From Octopus sinensis (lineage: Eukaryota): a stretch of 28,863 nt of DNA. The notes under the pieces were generated by a model that was not told the DNA's origin, searched no databases, and worked only from the letters and a program-made list of their open reading frames with translations. The stretch spans positions 1 to 28,863 of the forward strand of contig NW_021834727.1 in NCBI RefSeq assembly GCF_006345805.1, read 5' to 3'. Below are positions 1 through 10,762 of the stretch, piece by piece (positions within the stretch are counted from its first letter, which is position 1; the number at the start of each line of letters is the position of its first letter). The position numbers were made by a program, and so were the translations under genes.

Positions 1-175
1 GTTCCATGCTGGTTGAATGGTTTGACAGGCTCTGATGGTTCCAAGGACTACATCATGCTCCACCGTCTACTTTAGCCTAGTTTCAATGGCCAGATACCCT
101 TCTTAACACAAACCACAAGACAACTTGTATTGGGTACTTTGTTTTTTCATGTCACCAGCACTAGTGAGGTTGCCA
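1..175 (-). mobile_element. Degenerate 3' UTR/tail fragment of an RTE-type LINE
   Basis: The reverse complement resembles the RTE tail at 4450-4615 (GTGCTGGTGRCA..AAAAA, GTGGTT..GTTA.GAAGGG.ATC, AACC..GCATGGAA). Confidence 0.55.
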
Positions 176-325
176 GGCAGTTTGCACCACTAAGAAACCT
201 ATGAGTGGTAGAGCTTTATGCATGGATCTGAGGGGTTAAAATATGAGAGAAGAGCCTAAGGTAGAAAATCTTCCTTGCTGCAGAAAACCTGCATGGTATG
301 ATCTGGGAAGAGATAAAAATAGTGA

Positions 326-734
326 GGTGCAGGAGTGGGTGTGTGGTAAGTTGCTTGCTTACCAACAACATGGTTCTGAGTTCAGTCCCACTGCGTGGCA
401 CCTTGGGCAAGTGTCTTCTACTATAGCCTCAGGGCAACCAATGCCTTGTGAGTGGATTTGGTAGAAGGAAACTGAAAGAAGCCCATTGTATATATGTATA
501 TATATATGTGTATATGTATGTGTGTGTATATGTTTGTGTCTTTGTTTGCCCCCCCCCACCATTGCTTGACAACCGATGCTGGTATGTTTACGTCCACGTA
601 ACTTAGTGGTTCGGCAAATGAGACCGATAGAAGAAGTACTAGGCCTACAAAGAATAAGTTCTGGGTCGATTTGCTCGACTAAAGGCAGTGCTCCAGCATG
701 GCTGCAGCCAAATGAATGAAACAAGTAAAAGAGG
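326..734 (+). mobile_element. tRNA-derived SINE, near full length
   Basis: A/B-box-like head (GTGGGTGTGTGGTAAG ... GAGTTCAGTCCC), central (TA/TG)n, tail GTGCTCCAGCATGGCTGCAGCCAAATGAATGAAACAAGTAAAAG. Related copies at 6790-6995, 7497-7696 and 11100-11800. Confidence 0.8.
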
Positions 735-1264
735 AGATGTCTGGGTAAACCATTTAAAAAGAAATTTTAAAAAAAACAATGAAGAAATATAAAAAAAAAT
801 TACTTTATCGAAATAATATTTTCTGTTACAAATATTTAATTTCAACTGTATTTTTTTTTACAGTAAGAGAGTTGGTTTTTCTTTTCAAATTGATTTTGTA
901 GATGTAATAAAATGAAAATGCTTTGCTCTCATTTGTGATTCCTCCACCATTTTCTTACATTTCCTGCAAATGGATAAACAAAATTTCATAAATTTTAATA
1001 TAACGAATATGTGTCTATGTATGTAACTGTCAAAATAAACAAACTTAAAAGGTAAGGTGCATTTAAGACAGCAAAAACAGGTATCAAAATCACACAGTCA
1101 TTAGTGAAAGGCCAAGGAATTATTATTATTATTATCAATATTCTTTTATTCTTTTACCAGTCCTCTGTATCTATCTTGGTATTCACATCCTTTGCAAACT
1201 GATCGTACATTTTCTTTTCTTTCCATGCTTTTTCTTCTTTTTTTTTGTTCACTTATTGTTTAAA

Positions 1265-1308
1265 TTTTTCTTTTATTATTAATATCATTATTATTATTAT
1301 TATTATTC

Positions 1309-1346
<38 letters not shown>

Positions 1347-1363
1347 GTTGTTGTTGTTGTTAT
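1265..1363. repeat. (ATT)n/(GTT)n microsatellite
   Basis: Seen directly in the sequence. Confidence 0.95.
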
Positions 1364-1489
1364 TTTCTTTCCTTCTTTCTTCAAATTTTCTTCCATTTCT
1401 CGCCGAGTGTTTTCCGTACAAATAGGGCAGAGAAGCTCATTGTATGCATTCCCAGATTATACATGCAAATTCACAGGTAAAATATGTAA

Positions 1490-2050
1490 TTAAAAAAATT
1501 CATAAATAAATAAATTCATGAATGCTCTTCTCAGTACATGAGTCGTTCCAGTTAACACAATTTTTTGCACTTCCTGTAGGGATAGTAAGCCTGGTATCAT
1601 TTTCAAATAGGTTTCAGTACCTTTTTCTATCATTCCTAGAGATCCTACAATCACTGCTACTGTAGTTGCCTTGAGATGCCACATTTTTTCAATTTCTATT
1701 AGCAAGTCTTTATATTTACTGATCTTGTCAAATTTTTTTTGCTGCTATATTGTGATTGCAAGGAATACTCATGTCAATTAATAAACACACCTTTTTGTCT
1801 GATCTTTTATAATATATGGTTTATTGGCTTTTATATCTTTGTCGGTATGTATAGGGAAACCCCAGAGAATTGACACATTTTCTCCCTCAGTCACAGCTTC
1901 AGGATGATGTTTATACCATTTGTCAGCAATTTTGATTTTATAATGCCGACATATTGTATAGTGTAAATACTGGCCAACTCAGTCATGTATTGCTTTATAT
2001 TCTACAGGTGCTAAGACTCTATACTCTGAGATTAGGTGATCCATAATTTG
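1490..2050 (-). mobile_element. R4/Dong-type non-LTR retrotransposon, C-terminal part (end of CCHC knuckle plus restriction-like endonuclease), degraded
   Basis: Minus-strand translation gives DHLISEY.VLAPVEY...HD, VGQYLH, KWYKHHPEAV, ILWGFPIHTD, IEIEKMWHLK...VIVGSLG, QEVQKIVLTGTTHVLRR, the typical RLE-clade C-terminus. Confidence 0.8.
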
Positions 2051-4641
2051 GTGAGGACCAAAGACTGGAGGTGTACCGCGTTGCAAGACAGTGTGTGAGA
2101 GAGAATTGTGATGTGGTGGGAGAGAAGTGTGTTCGCATGAAAGATGGTTCACTTGCGCTAAACGAGGATGCAAAGAGAGAGGCTTGAAGACGCCACTATG
2201 AAAGGTTGCTGAATAAAGAAAATGAATGGGATAAAGAGAGTCTGCCGAACGTTGACCCAACAGAGGGACCAGCTATCAGGGTTGATTGTTCCTTATTAGC
2301 TAAGGCAATTAGAAGCATGAAGACAGGGAAAGCCCCAGGCCCATCAGGTATCACTGCAGAGATGCTCAAAATATCTGGTAGTGTCGGCTATAGCCTAGTC
2401 ACCTGTATAGTTAATCAGGTGATACATGAAGGAGTCATACCCAATGACTGGTGTAGCAGCATAATAGTCAACTGCTACAAAGGTAAAGGTGATGCCCTAG
2501 ATACAAATAATTACAGAGGTATCAAGCTGTTGGATAAGGTGATGAAGGTTACAGAGAGGGTCATAAGCCAACTAATTAGAGAGAGAGTTAGTTTAGATGA
2601 GATGCAGTTTGGTTTCGTGCCAGGGAAAAGTACCACTGATGCTATATTCCTGGTAAGGCAGCTGCAGGAGAAATACCTAGCCAAAGATAAGCCCCTGTAC
2701 CTGGCTTTTGTTGACATGGAGAAAGCCTTCGACAGGGTACCCCGATCCCTCATATGGTGGTCAATGAGGAAACTAGGAATAGATGAATGGTTAGTGAGAG
2801 CTGTGCAAGCCATGTACAGGGACGCTGCTAGTAAGGTGAGGGTTGGCAATGAGTACAGTGAAGAATTCCGGGTAGAGGTAGGGGTCCACCAAGGCTCAGT
2901 CCTCAGCCCCCTCTTATTTATCATAATCCTCCAGGCAATAACGGAGGAATTCAAGACAGGATGCCCCTGGGAGCTCCTCTATGCTGATGACCTTGCTCTA
3001 ATTGCTGAGTCATTATCAGAACTGGAGAAGAATTTCAGGTGTGGAAGCATGGTTTAGAATCGAAGGGCCTTAGAGTCACCCAGCTAAAACCAAAGTCCTA
3101 ATAAGTAGGAAGGTAGACAAATCACAAACACCTTCAGGTAGATGGCCCTGCTCGATCTGTAGAAAAGGTGTAGGTAGAAACTCTATAAGATGCACCAAGT
3201 GTAAGCTATGGACACATAAGAGGTGCAGCAATGTCATAGGAAGGCTAACTAAGAAGATGGTTTTTGTATGTGGCAGATGTTCAGGAGCATTAACCTCTGA
3301 AAATCTGCAGAAAACAACTTCCGTCACTTTCCAGGGGAAAAAACTAGAAGTAGTTGATAGCTTCCGTTATCTTGGTGACCAAGTCAGTAGTGGAGGTGGG
3401 TGTGCTGAAAGTGTAACGGCTAGAGTAAGAATAGCCTGGGCAAAGTTTAGGGAGCTCTTACCTCTGTTGGTGACTAAAGGCCTCTCGCTCAGAGTAAAAG
3501 GCAGACTGTATGATGCATGTGTATGAACAGCCATGCTACATGGCAGTGAAACATGGGCCGTGACTGCTGAGGACATGTGTAAGCTCGCGAGAAATGAAGC
3601 TAGTATGCTCCGTTGGATGTGTAATGTCAGTGTTCATAGTCGACAGAGTGTAAGTACCTTGAGAGAACAGTTGGACCTAAGAGGCATCAGATGTTGTGTG
3701 CAAGAGAGACGATTGCGCTGGTATGGGCATGTGGTGAGAATGGATGAAGATAGGTGTGTGAAAAAGTGCCACACCCTGGCAGTTGAGGGGACCTGTGGAA
3801 GAGGTAGACCCAGGAAAACCTGGGTCGAGGTGGTGAAGCACGACCTTCGAACTCTAGGTCTCACCAAGGAAATGACCAGAGACCGAGACCTATGGAAGTA
3901 TGCTGTGCGTGAGAAGACCCGGCAAGACCAGTGAGAACAATCAAAATCAAATCATATATCAGAAAGCAGGGGTTAAGTGACCCATCCATTCGTGTCCGCT
4001 GTCAGCCTCGTCTGGCACCCGTGCCTGTGATACGTAAAAGCACCATTCGCTCATGGCCGTTTGCCAGCTCTGCCTGGCCCCCGTGTCGGTGGCACGTAAA
4101 AGCACCATCCGTTCGTGTTCGTTGCCAGCCTCGCCTGGCCCCGTGCCAGTGACACGTAAAAGCACCGTCCGTTCGTGGCCGTTTGCCAGCTCTGTCTGGC
4201 CCCGTGTCGGTGGCACGTATAAGCACCATCCGTTCGTGTCCGTTGCCAGCCTCGGCTGGCCCCCGTGCCGGTGACACGTAAAAGCAGCGTCCATTCGTGG
4301 CCGTTTGCCAGCTCTGTCTGGCAACCGTGTCGGTGGCACGTAAAAGCACCATCCGTTTGCGTCCGTTGCCAGCCTCGGCTGGCCCCCGTGCCGGTGACAC
4401 GTAAAAGCACCATCCATTCGTGGCTGTTCGCCAGCTCTGTCTGGCACCTGTGCTGGTGGCACATAAAAAACACCCACTACACTCGCGGAGTGGTTGGCGT
4501 TAGGAAGGGCATCCAGCCGTAGAAACACTGCCAGATCTGACTGGGCCTGACGAAGCCTTCCAGCTTCACAGACCCCAGTTGATCCGTCCAACCCATGCTA
4601 GCATGGAAAGCGGACGCTAAATGATGATGATGATGATGATG

Positions 4642-4706
<65 letters not shown>

Positions 4707-4712
4707 CATCAT
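2051..4712 (+). mobile_element. 5'-truncated RTE-clade LINE (RT, PHD-like insert, tandem-repeat 3' UTR, (ATG)n(ATT)n tail)
   Basis: ORF 2206-3057 has KAPGPSG, NYRGIKLL, QFGFVPGKST, FVDMEKAFD, GVHQGSVLSP and LLYADD. It continues through 3257-3526 and 3533-3934 via frameshifts and stops. Microsatellite tail at 4621-4712. Confidence 0.93.
3981..4470 (+). repeat. Eight 60-63 bp tandem units in alternating A/B order in the RTE 3' UTR
   Basis: Units start at about 3981, 4041, 4103, 4163, 4224, 4285, 4347 and 4408, and each ends in CACGTAAAAG or a close variant. Confidence 0.92.
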
Positions 4713-5850
4713 TGCACAATTATCAAGTCTAAATTACTTCCTGATGTCATCACTTAACTGTTTGACAATTGCTATTAAGCCCTGTAGTTGTTGGCCATTT
4801 TTTGCAAAGAGCTTTAAATCATCCATGTAAAAGAGATGATTTATTATATTTTTATGAAACATTTTATAGCTTTATTGTACATCATTGAGCAATTTCAAAA
4901 GAGTTAGTAAGGCTAGACAAAATAGGATTGGTGATAGAGAGCCACCCTGGAAAAGGCCACATGAAATTCTTACATCACCAGCATTAAGAGATTAATTGCC
5001 AGTGTTCAAAGTCAGTGTGGTTCTCCATGATCCCATACCTACGGATAACAGGTTTCACAGAGTAGGTGCTATTTTATAAATTCCCAAACATTTTAAAATT
5101 GTCAATGTGATAGACAATCAAAAGCTTTTTTATAGTCTGACAAGGCTATCAACATGTTCTTGTGTTCTTTGTAACAATCTTCCAAAATCATCTTATTGAT
5201 GAGTAACTGATCATTACAATTATAGGACCCATGTTTACATCCTTTTTGCTCATTGGGAAAGATGCCACTTTCTATTAAAAAACTATAGGTGTATTCAATC
5301 AAGATAAATGTTAGTATTTTATACATTGTTGTTAAGCAGGTTATGGGTCTATAATTTTATGGTTCATTTGTTTCTTCATTTTTTGGAAGTAGAAATGCAA
5401 CACTATTAAATAGCCAAGAGGGAATCATACTAGGTTGTTGCAAAACATTGTTGTAAAGTTTTGTTAGCAGTTCATGACTCTGGGAAGGCATTCAACCAGA
5501 AGTTAGGAATTTTATCCTTTCTTGGAGACTGCCATTTGCTTGGCTTCATGAGAGCAGATCTTATATCTTCTACCTTGACACCCTCCCACTTTTGCTCTTC
5601 TAAGGAGTCGATAGATATTCTATCAATCCAAGGGGCCTTTTGTTGTGCGTTTTTTCTTCTGCCCAAATTTTATTCCAAAATCCCTGCACTTCTTCTTTTG
5701 ATGGGACAGACTTTACAGTAACTGGTGATTTCCCTATCTTCCTGTAAAACTTTTTGCGGTTATTTTTTAACATGTTGTTGTCCTTGAAGAACCGAGTAAG
5801 CTTTTCATACCGTACTATGCAGGCAGCTTTAGCAGATACCTTTTGCTTGA
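4713..5850 (-). mobile_element. R4/Dong-type LINE, RT part, degraded and 5'-truncated
   Basis: Minus-strand motifs APWI, KWQSPRKDKIPNFWL, YKILT, EQKGC, DQLLINK, DYKKAFD, GLFQGGSLSP and HLFYMDDLKLFAK. Confidence 0.85.
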
Positions 5851-5862
5851 TAATTTGTTATT

Positions 5863-5941
5863 ATCGTCATCATTATTATTATTATTATCATTTTCATTTG
5901 CCTCTTCTTTCAATTGTTTCCATTTATTATTATTATTATTA

Positions 5942-5978
<37 letters not shown>

Positions 5979-6300
5979 GTTATGTTTGACTTTTGCTTTG
6001 CATTTGTACAAGTTGGCTCCAAGTCTCACCCAGAGACCTCAAGAGACAACAAGTTAGAAGTTCATGCTGGTGTTATGCCTAGGGTGCCATATATTTGGTT
6101 TTGTACATAGTGTTGTTCTAGAGAATATTCAAGAAACCATAAGAAAATTATGTGTTTGTTTTAAAATTTGAGATTACATAGACAGTTTTTATGTAGGATT
6201 TGAGCAGTTCCCATGAGCACTATCTTTTGAATTTCTGCCATTTTGGGGTCTTTTGGTATCTGAGCTATGTAGCAATCCTCCACTTTTGCTATCATGGAAA
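5863..6300 (-). mobile_element. 3' end of a second R4/Dong-type LINE with (AAT)n tail
   Basis: Minus strand encodes QIPKDPKMAEIQKIVLMGTAQIL, followed by a 3' UTR and an (AAT)n tract at 5863-5980. Confidence 0.65.
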
Positions 6301-6443
6301 TAATAACAATCAAGGATTAATATTGTTTTACAATTATTTCTTCTTTAGATTTTTACAAATACTCTCTGCCTAAAAGTGTTTTGCGTTCTTGCTTGTTTGA
6401 GTTCTCAACTATTTGTAGAGTTGTGGGGTGCAGCTATAATATA

Positions 6444-6661
6444 CGAGGGAGGTACTAAAAATTTCCTCATTTTGGGCAAAAGAAAACACAGGAAGATCAG
6501 TTAATTATGATTTTATTCAACGTATCCCCCACTTGGATTCACACACTTATTTTAGCTTTCCTTCAGTTTTTCTAAGCCCTGTGAAAGAAATTGGAAGGTT
6601 GGGCCTCAAATCAGGCCTTTAGCAATACCCTGAAAGCCAGGAACTTTTCAGCATTCTCTTG
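6444..6661. mobile_element. Mariner-type non-autonomous element (MITE) with TA target duplication
   Basis: TA|CGAGGGAGGTACTAAAAATTTCC ... GGAACTTTTCAGCATTCTCTTG|TA: degenerate mariner-like terminal inverted repeats, TA at 6442-43 and 6662-63. Confidence 0.6.
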
Positions 6662-6789
6662 TACTGTCCAGCAGTGTCCCCCACCTGCTATACCTGTATG
6701 CTTGAACTCAAAGTTCCACTATATATTTGGTTCTTTCTGTTTTCTTCACTACATTTCAATTCCTGGTCTGAATGTCTTTAAGACACATT

Positions 6790-6995
6790 TTCTTTTTTAT
6801 CTTTTACTTGTTATAGTCATTGGACTACAGCTATGAAGGGTTTAGTCAAACAATCAGTCCCAGTGTTTTTTAAGTCAGATATTCATTCTATCAGTCTCTT
6901 TTGCTAAACTGCTAAGTTACAGGATGTAAACCTGCCAACACCAGTTGTCAAGTAGTAGTGTGAGACAAAAACAAGCATAAAAAACACACACACAT
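6790..6995 (-). mobile_element. SINE 3' half
   Basis: Reverse complement is similar to 540-734. Confidence 0.7.
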
Positions 6996-7048
6996 ATTTA
7001 TATGCATGTGCATGTGTGTGTGTATGAAAATATGTATGTTTATATGTG

Positions 7049-7100
<52 letters not shown>

Positions 7101-7109
<9 letters not shown>

Positions 7110-7425
7110 AAAAAAAGTAAAGGTAGAAAATGCTAAGATAATTTTATAAAAAACATTTCAGAACTGGTTTCTCTTGTTTACTCTTGTGGTTTGAGGTCGA
7201 ACCCACAAGAGTAAACAAGAGAGACAGAGACAGGCAGAAACAAGGGAAAATGCCCCTTGTATTTGAATACTATGCAAATATCTTTAAAAACCTTTCTTTT
7301 ACTTTTCCAAAATTTATTGTTTTCCATGCTTACAGTTGAAAAAGTCTCAATGACTGAAACTGGTAATGAAATGTCTTTTATAAAATATTTTAGCATTTTC
7401 TACCTTGACTTTTTTATCCATATAT
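7101..7425 (+). mobile_element. Fold-back element E1 with ~70 bp inverted termini and an internal minimal hammerhead-like motif
   Basis: 7101-7171 vs reverse complement of 7356-7425 gives 8 mismatches and 1 gap by eye. Motif at 7333-7368. Confidence 0.7.
7333..7368 (+). ncRNA. Candidate minimal type I hammerhead ribozyme (U3-A8 variant)
   Basis: CAG-UUGAAAA-AGUC[UCAAU]GACU-GAAAC[UG]GUA-AUG: perfect 4-bp stem II, GAAA core, GUA triplet; stem I is weak. Confidence 0.5.
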
Positions 7426-7454
7426 AGCAACTCATGTGTTCCTTTTCATCCTTC

Positions 7455-7491
<37 letters not shown>

Positions 7492-7496
7492 TCTTT

Positions 7497-7696
7497 ACTC
7501 TTTTACTTGTTTCAGTCATTTGACTGCTTTTAGTCAAGCAAATCAACCCCAGGACTTATTCTTTGTAAGCCTAGTACTTATTCTATCAGTCTCTTTGCCA
7601 AACCGCTAAGTTACAGGGATGTAAACACACCAGCACCAGTTGTCAAGCAATGTTGGGAGGACGAACACAGACACACAAACACACACACACATATAT
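7497..7696 (-). mobile_element. SINE 3' half
   Basis: Reverse complement is similar to 530-734. Confidence 0.75.
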
Positions 7697-7698
7697 AT

Positions 7699-8876
7699 AA
7701 GTCAATGTTGATATACCAAGCAGATACTTTGACGACTCATTCAACTGCTAAATGTAAAGCTTGTACTGATATAATTTGCCAGCTGTCTTAAACAGGATGT
7801 AGATATTGTTAAAATATGCAAGAAACGTGTGGGTTTTTTGTTCAATTTACCATAAACAAGGTCAAGGATAAGCTGTTCATGCATGCGAAAGAGTAGCTTT
7901 TAGTCAAATAACTGAAACAAATAAAAGAACACGACCAGATACAAATACGCATGTGTGTGTATATATTCTGAGTCATTGTTGCACCACTATGAAGCACTGG
8001 AGTTGGGTTTTGCCCACACATGTCCAGCCAAACTACAAAGGTGCCAGACTATTAATCCTAGGGAATGACAGTTTCACTGAGCATGGAGTCTATTCCCTAG
8101 GGGCTAACAGCCAGCTAAACTGGAGAAGCAATCATGGCACGTCCGCTTAGCCAGCAGAGTCCTTCACTTGAAAGCTTATCAATGTGAGGAAATGTGCAAT
8201 AGTCAATCTGACCGCTCCACGATGGGATAGCGGAATCCGAGTGACCAAATGCTGCTAAGAATCTCAAGTGGTCATAAGCTGCCAATGAATCGGATAATAA
8301 ACTTTGCCATACATACCTACAAATGCAGGTCTTTGGCAAGAACAACAGGAATGTTTCATTTAATAGAAGAGAAAAGGGAGGTAAATGGCAATGTGTAGGG
8401 TTCTGTAAAGAATGTCATAGGAAACAAATAAATGCGAGATGGGCAGATGGAGGTGTCCTAAGACCTGGAAAAACAGACGGTATGAGAGCAACAGGCAGAA
8501 CAATTTTCATTGTAAAGAAAGGACTTCGAAAATTGTCAATTGTCTCCATACATCGGAGAGCGTTTGAATCAAGTGATCATATGACTGCACCTGAAATACA
8601 ACAGGGATAAAACCACCAAATATATCGTGGCCTAATTTTTCATTACCAATCAGGGCTTTGAATGCTATGTGTCGCTGCAATTAGATAGGTAGGTATGTTT
8701 CTTTATTGGCCACACAGGACTGAAAACAGAGGGGACAAAATACAAAGTAGAGCTTTTCTTTTTGGGAAGAGAAGAAAAATATAGTGGGAGGTAGAATTTC
8801 GATCATAAACGATTGTGGGAAGAAGTGGGAAAAAGGTGGGGATTTCGATCAGAAGGGATCGTGGGAAAAAAGAGAG
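7699..8876 (-). repeat. Inverted copy of 17342-18528 (L1/Tx1 3' terminus plus ~1 kb unclassified sequence)
   Basis: Collinear reverse-complement match over ~1.18 kb, roughly 92% identical in the segment aligned by eye. The LINE tail part is 8698-8876. Confidence 0.92.
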
Positions 8877-8877
8877 T

Positions 8878-9360
8878 TTGACTGAGGACTGGAGAGCCAG
8901 AACACTGCACCGAGCTCCAAACATATCTGGTAAAGTCTCTACAGCTGGATGCGCTTCCTAATGCCAACTACTCCAAGAGTGTAGGGGGTGCTTTTACGTG
9001 CCACTAGCACGAGGGCTAGTCAGGCAATTCTGGCAACGACTATGCTGAAAATGTGTTTTTTACGTGCTACCTGCATGGGAGCCAATCCAGCCGCACTGGC
9101 AATGACCATAATCTAATGTTGTTTTTCATGTGCCACCAGCACATGTGAAAGTAAGGCGACACTGGCAATGATCATGTTTCAATGGTGCTTTTTACATGCC
9201 ACTGGCGCAGGAGCCAGTCAGTAGCCCAGGCAACAATCACGCTCGGATGTGCTTTTAACGTTCCACTAGCACGAGTGTCAATCAGGCAGTCCTGTCTTCA
9301 GCCACGTTAGCAATTTTGATTTCGCTTGCCTCAACAGTTCTTTGCAAGCAAAGATTGTTG
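8878..9360 (-). mobile_element. Degenerate RTE 3' UTR with ~5 tandem units
   Basis: TGCTTTTACGTGCCACTAGCAC-like motif at about 8987, 9051, 9118, 9184 and 9249. CAGCTGGATG..CTTCCTAATGCCAAC is antisense to 4490-4520. Confidence 0.75.
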
Positions 9361-9382
9361 TCCAAATAATAATAATAATAAT

Positions 9383-9486
9383 GGTTTCAAATTTTGCCAC
9401 AAGGGCAGCAATTTTGTGGGCAGGCATGAGTTTATTGCATTGACCTCAGTGGTGAACCGGTACATATTTTCTCGATCCTGAAAGGC
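9383..9486 (-). mobile_element. SINE tail fragment (second SINE family)
   Basis: Resembles 19808-19955 (GCCACAAGG / GCACAAGG ... GAAAGG). Confidence 0.45.
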
Positions 9487-9539
9487 ATTTTGCTCAGTGT
9501 GCTAATGATCGTGCCAATAATAATAATAATAAACGCCTT

Positions 9540-10075
9540 TATGTAGTGGCTTTCATGGCTTCTGATCTTAACTGATTGGAAGTGTTATCATGTACATTGT
9601 TTTGTCTTCGTATAAAAGATGGGCTACAGCAAATATTCTGCTCAATACCACAGATTTACTTGTCAATTATTTGACCGTAACAGTTGAGCATGCCCCTTAA
9701 TGGCTGACGATATGTGCATCTCTGATCATGAGCAGTAGTGGGGGAACATCATAGCCATGTGTTGATAGGAATTCTTTGGAGTTTAAATAATTCACCTCTG
9801 GAAACATGGGTGTTTTGTTCATCATCTTTAAATAACCTTCATTCAGGGACCTTTTGATTGGGATGGGCTACTCAACCTGATGAAAATTCTAACTGGGCCC
9901 CACCTGGAGGGCCATGCTCTGTTTATCTTGATATCAGATCTCTATGCCGCACACATGGTTGTGATACTTGTGCCTGGTGTACCCTTATCAGATGAGTAGT
10001 CATGATGGCTATTCTGGGCTTCGTATATTTTACCCCGGTGTCACTTTGATGGCATGCACTTCTCACTCACTCAAT
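9540..10075. repeat. Unclassified interspersed repeat bounded by (AAT)n tracts
   Basis: Higher-GC block flanked by (AAT)n on both sides and ending CACTCACTCAATAATAAT; no ORF. Its repeat nature is inferred. Confidence 0.35.
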
Positions 10076-10149
10076 AATAATAATAATAATGATGATGATA
10101 ATAATAATAAATGTCTAAAAATATAGTAATTTCTTTCCATTTCTTGTAG

Positions 10150-10294
10150 ATTTTTGATCTTGGATACATAACAGAATTCTCTAAAGAAGCATTAAAGTCA
10201 TCCAAAAATGATTTAGAGAAAGCCTTGAATCTTCTCAATAATTATGATGGAATTTTGCCCCCTAATCCAACTTCACCCCTTCAGTCACCCCAAG
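10150..10294 (+). CDS. NUB1: NUB1-like (NEDD8 ultimate buster 1) penultimate exon, last UBA domain; phase 0 to phase 1
   Basis: tttccatttcttgtAG| ... CAAG|GTAACT. Encodes IFDLGYITEFSKEALKSSKNDLEKALNLLNNYDGILPPNPTSPLQSPQ, which aligns without gaps to remembered human LVYMGFDALVAEAALRVFRGNVQLAAQTLAHNGGSLPP. Confidence 0.8.
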
Positions 10295-10471
10295 GTAACT
10301 GTTTGATATTTTCACCCAACTCCCAACACCAGCTGTCACACCACCCCAAGGTAGCATGAGTTGCTTGACCTGCCAACAGTTGTAGTCAAATCTTCCTTAA
10401 ATCATTGTCTACCATCTAAAAATTAAAAAAAGAAACAAAGGAATATATTAGATAATATAGTCCTTGATATG

Positions 10472-10762
10472 TGGAGGCACATGGCCTAGTGGTTAGAGCA
10501 GTGGGCTCATGGTTAAGGGATCATGGATTCGAATCTCAGACCAAGTGAAACACCTAAGCTTCACGTGGCTTTAGCAGAAAGTAATAGCGAGCTTCTGCTG
10601 ACTCTTTCACCACCACTTTCTCCCACTCTTTCCTCCGGCATCAAGCAGCTCACTTGCAATAGACTGGCATCCTGTTCAGGTGGGGAACCTACACACCAAT
10701 GAAACTGGGGAAATTGGCCCTTTGGTGCCAGGCATAGCTCGACAAGGAGTAAACAACAACAA
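10472..10762 (+). mobile_element. tRNA-derived SINE (third family)
   Basis: A box TGGCCTAGTGG, B box GGATTCGAATC, body with GACTGGCATCCTGTTCAGG, (AAC)n tail. Confidence 0.7.

Noticed and set aside
740-1260. Further NUB1 exons near the strong-looking AG (863, 901) and GTAAGG (1052) sites
   Set aside because: No open frame with NUB1-like sequence lies between the sites.
1245-1493. Poly-Ile/Tyr/Met and (YI)n ORFs here and at 4477-4830, 5754-6110, 19146-19622 and 21198-21647
   Set aside because: Translations of microsatellites with no coding signal.
2187-3526. In-frame TGA codons in the RTE as selenocysteine or readthrough
   Set aside because: They sit at expected Trp (TGG) and Arg (CGA) positions, accompany frameshifts, and no SECIS is evident.
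3981-4470. CRISPR-like appearance of the array next to an RT
   Set aside because: No unique spacers (whole units repeat), no cas genes, eukaryotic LINE context.
7336-7362. Apparent 27-nt micro-exon (tacAG|TTGAAA...ACTG|GTAATG) in the NUB1 intron
   Set aside because: Phase 1-1 does not join the phase-0 exon at 10150, the peptide has no NUB1 similarity, and the sequence is explained as the hammerhead-like core of E1.
8323-8610. 95-aa ORF with CxxxCxxC in the duplicated 1-kb block as a transposase fragment
   Set aside because: Only vague resemblance to zinc-finger or HTH segments; no catalytic motif or TIR found.
10472-10545. tRNA gene
   Set aside because: It has A and B boxes but no closable acceptor stem or cloverleaf, and it runs into a SINE body.
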